Below, piece by piece: positions 61,121 through 64,000 of a DNA stretch of 64,000 nucleotides. Under the pieces are notes generated by a model, which saw nothing but the letters and a program-made list of their open reading frames with translations, did no database searches and was not told the DNA's origin. The translations under genes were made by a program, and so were the position numbers. The DNA lies in NCBI RefSeq assembly GCF_025526975.1, contig NW_026515685.1, forward strand, positions 186,001-250,000. The letters run 5' to 3'. The DNA is from Fimicolochytrium jonesii. Its lineage: Eukaryota. The number at the start of each line of letters is the position of its first letter. Within the stretch, counting starts at the first letter, position 1.

Positions 61121-62508
61121 CATAGAACTTATCGTGGTACAGTAAACGACCATAGTCATCGATCGAAAAACGGCGATCAAATGTAGACTGTCGTTCCTTG
61201 GGCTGTGACAACGCCTCTTTCCGCAAAGCGAAGTACTCATCAGCCTCCAAGGTTCGTATCCAATCCTCAAGCGTAACATTCCCCAAAGGAATATACTCGA
61301 CGGACATCCCCATGGCCGCAGCAATTTCCACTCGCTTGTTACACTCAGCGCAGCGAGGAGCGTAACAGAGGATTATGACTCAACAGATCTGCGACGGTGT
61401 TCCAACAACCAGGTTGATATTCAATATCAAATTTGAATTGTTGCAGGAATTCAACCCATCGTGCTTGGCGATGGCTCCGGAACGGCTGAGTCTGAAGCCA
61501 TACCAAACTGGCGTGATCGGTGAACGCGCGAAACGGGCGGTCATTCGTCCGATCCTGCAAGTAACGCCTATTAGCCTTGCAAATGCCGACCAGAGCTAAT
61601 AGCTCTTGTTCGTGCACGGGATAACGTGTCCCAGCTGGGTGCATCTTTCGCCCAAAGAAACCTATCGGCTTTAACGGTGGCAGATTTTTAAATCCCTTCA
61701 CTGAGGTAGGCAACGGTGTTGGGTAATGCTCTGATGGACCCGCCGGCTGGGCGAGCCATCCGCCTATTGCAAAACCTGATGCATCCGTGAACACATATAA
61801 ATCTCGCACCGGGTCGTAAGACGCGAGCGTAGGAGCTGTAATAATAGCTTCCTTCAGCTTAACAAACGACGTCTCTTCGACGTTGCCCCAGTGCCAAGGC
61901 CTTTTGCCCGACTGTAGCTCTGTCAATGGATACGCGATGTATGCATAACGATCGACTCATTGACCCAGGTAATTTGTCAACCCTAAGAAAGACTGAACCT
62001 CTTTCTGTTTCGTAGGACATGCAAAGTTCCGCACGGTGTCCAATTTCGAGGGTGCGATGGCCATCGTATCCTCTCCCAGGACATGGCTGCAGAATTCAAG
62101 CTCTTTCTGCATCCATTTGCACTTCGACGGCTTAACTTAAAGTTTGTGCTCGGCGAGAACAGCCAAAACGCTGTCCACATGAGCGATATGCTCCTCGGCC
62201 GTTTCCGAGAAGATTAAGATATCATCCAGGTAAGATATGACATACACAACGCACATCTTCCCCAATATCTTATTGGTTAACCGTTGGAACGTTGCTGGCG
62301 CATTCGTCAACCCAAATGGCATAACTTACTCAAAATGACCAAACCGTGTCCGAAACGCTGTTTTGTCCCTATCAGCCTTGCAAACCAAAAGGCGGTGATA
62401 CGCATCTTTGATATCCAACAAAGACTTGCACTTCTTTTCACGTAACCGATCCCGCATCTCTGCAAGATTTGGTAACGGCGTACAATCTTTTATCGTTGCT
62501 TTATTCAG

Positions 62509-62783
62509 TGTCGGGGATATCTCATCTTCACTTGTATTTCATATTCCATGTCTTTACTTCTACTTGATCCGAGACCCGGGCTGGCCACCCGAGCTCTCGG
62601 TGATACATTACATAAGGCGCCAAGCCTCACTGAAGCCACGCAAGCCCCACTGGCAGCCCATATATAAGGCTGTCAGTCAAGCGGCCGCTGCGAAGAGCTT
62701 CTTACTTTTTTCTTCACGACAATATACCGCTCTCAGCTCTCTCGGAAGGGCCCAATATCGTCTACGTTTCCTCTGACGTTACA
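62509..62783 (+). mobile_element. Solo LTR of family C, inverted, inside E RT
   Basis: Reverse complement of 20765-21038; TG..CA ends; TSD TTCAG. Confidence 0.93.
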
Positions 62784-64000
62784 TTCAGCCCACGATAGTC
62801 GATGCACATACGGAGACTGCCATCCTTTTTCTTAGCAAATAACACTGCCGCGCCCCACGGACTCTGCGAGTGCTGAATCCAACCGCGCTCGAGCATGAGG
62901 GTAACCTTCTCATTTAGCTCTTTGAGTTTGGCTTCGCTCATATGTCGTAAGGGATTAAAGACTGGTTTCGTACCAGGCTCCAGCTCGATACAAAAGTTAT
63001 CCTCTCCCCTATCGGGCGGCAACTCTCGTGCTCGACAAACAAACTATCCACGCACTTCTCCAACGTTGGATATAGAAGGTGATCCGATGGCACGCTTAAA
63101 TCAACCTTCTGGCCTGTAACTTCGCTCATTTGAACCTCTGGCTCTGGTTCGGCGCGATTGCGCTCATCTGCGGGGACATAAGCTGGTGACGCATTCACTG
63201 CAGCTTCTATGTCCATAGCGTACGCTATGTAACACTTCCCATACACCTTTTTTCGAGATAAGCGAGTGACCTTCTGATAAGTTACAACCCCTGCACTCGG
63301 GTCTTCTCGTTCAGGCATCGCCGCCTTGAATCGTTTAGACTTCTTTCTGGTGTCAAAGGACCGCAGATCGGCCGCATTACAGGACGACTGGGATTCCCAT
63401 TTCCTAGTTACTGGTCTGGCACCCAGGGTATGTTCAACTTCATTTGCACGGAATCGTAGAACAGGAATCTCATCCTCTATGTGCTCGAAACGATTATTGT
63501 CAAGCATATAGATCCATGGCAATCCGAGAATAACATCTACCCGCAGAGGAGCAACCACAAATGGAAGCTGTTCTCTGGAATAGTGTCGTCCATCTCCCCA
63601 CAACTGTAGATTGCCACAAAATACCTTGTTGGCGTTGAATGTATGGCCGTCGTCGCCCCAGGCGACATCAATGGGCATTTTAGGGTTATAGGTTTGGAAA
63701 GCATGTTTCGACACCCATCCCTGATGTACCATCAGTGTTGTACATCCCGTATCGATCAGAATACGACAAAACTTGCCATTCAACTTGCCATGAACTACAA
63801 ATGCACATCGTGCGATCAACGCATCGGGTTGAAATTGCAGTGCTTCAGGCCTAGTCTTCAAAACGGTTTCAGTGTCATCTGGCCGGCACAGACGCGCCCC
63901 CGCAGCAGACGTATTGCCACAATCAACCAGTATACCATCAGCGGACTCAGGGCGTATAGCCTCAAATTCCTCTTCGATGGACACCATTGCACAATGAGAC

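Larger units (their letters stand above)
52372..64000 (-). mobile_element. Ty3/Gypsy chromovirus 'E', running off the window: probable 3' LTR 52372-52876, PPT G9, IN-chromodomain from 53490, RH/RT/PR 61126-64000
   Basis: IDTGC protease, YLDD, FTDASG, KEYYVDKII..YLVQWVGY..TWE; TG..CA LTR followed by a C9 run. Confidence 0.85.

Overview
Eukaryotic, most likely fungal DNA (GT-AG introns, mostly 68-83 nt, and a Spa2 homologue). Positions 1-18.8 kb hold about 8 host genes: a Spa2-like polarity scaffold, a hypothetical protein with a triplicated ~50-aa domain, an F-box protein, a bacterial-like histidine phosphatase, an SDR, a protein kinase, an LRR-like protein and an E2/UBC-F-box-TerD fusion. From ~19.5 kb to the end lies a deeply nested, almost fully co-oriented (minus-strand) pile of LTR retrotransposons. 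It contains five chromodomain-bearing Ty3/Gypsy families (my labels F, C, A, B, E), solo LTRs with target-site duplications (TSDs), and a head-to-tail array of a Ty1/Copia element (label K). The most striking observation concerns K. It has a chromodomain with an intact aromatic cage at its integrase C-terminus, and its 3' UTR carries an antisense ~217-codon ORF with its own TATA box, whose N-terminus contains an exact histone H3 K4-S10 match (KQTARKS). This suggests a transposon-encoded H3K9 reader plus H3-tail decoy system. Also visible are Tf1-like self-priming, a conserved -1 frameshift signal, and three priming modes in one nest. All calls come from reading the sequence by eye; no searches were run.
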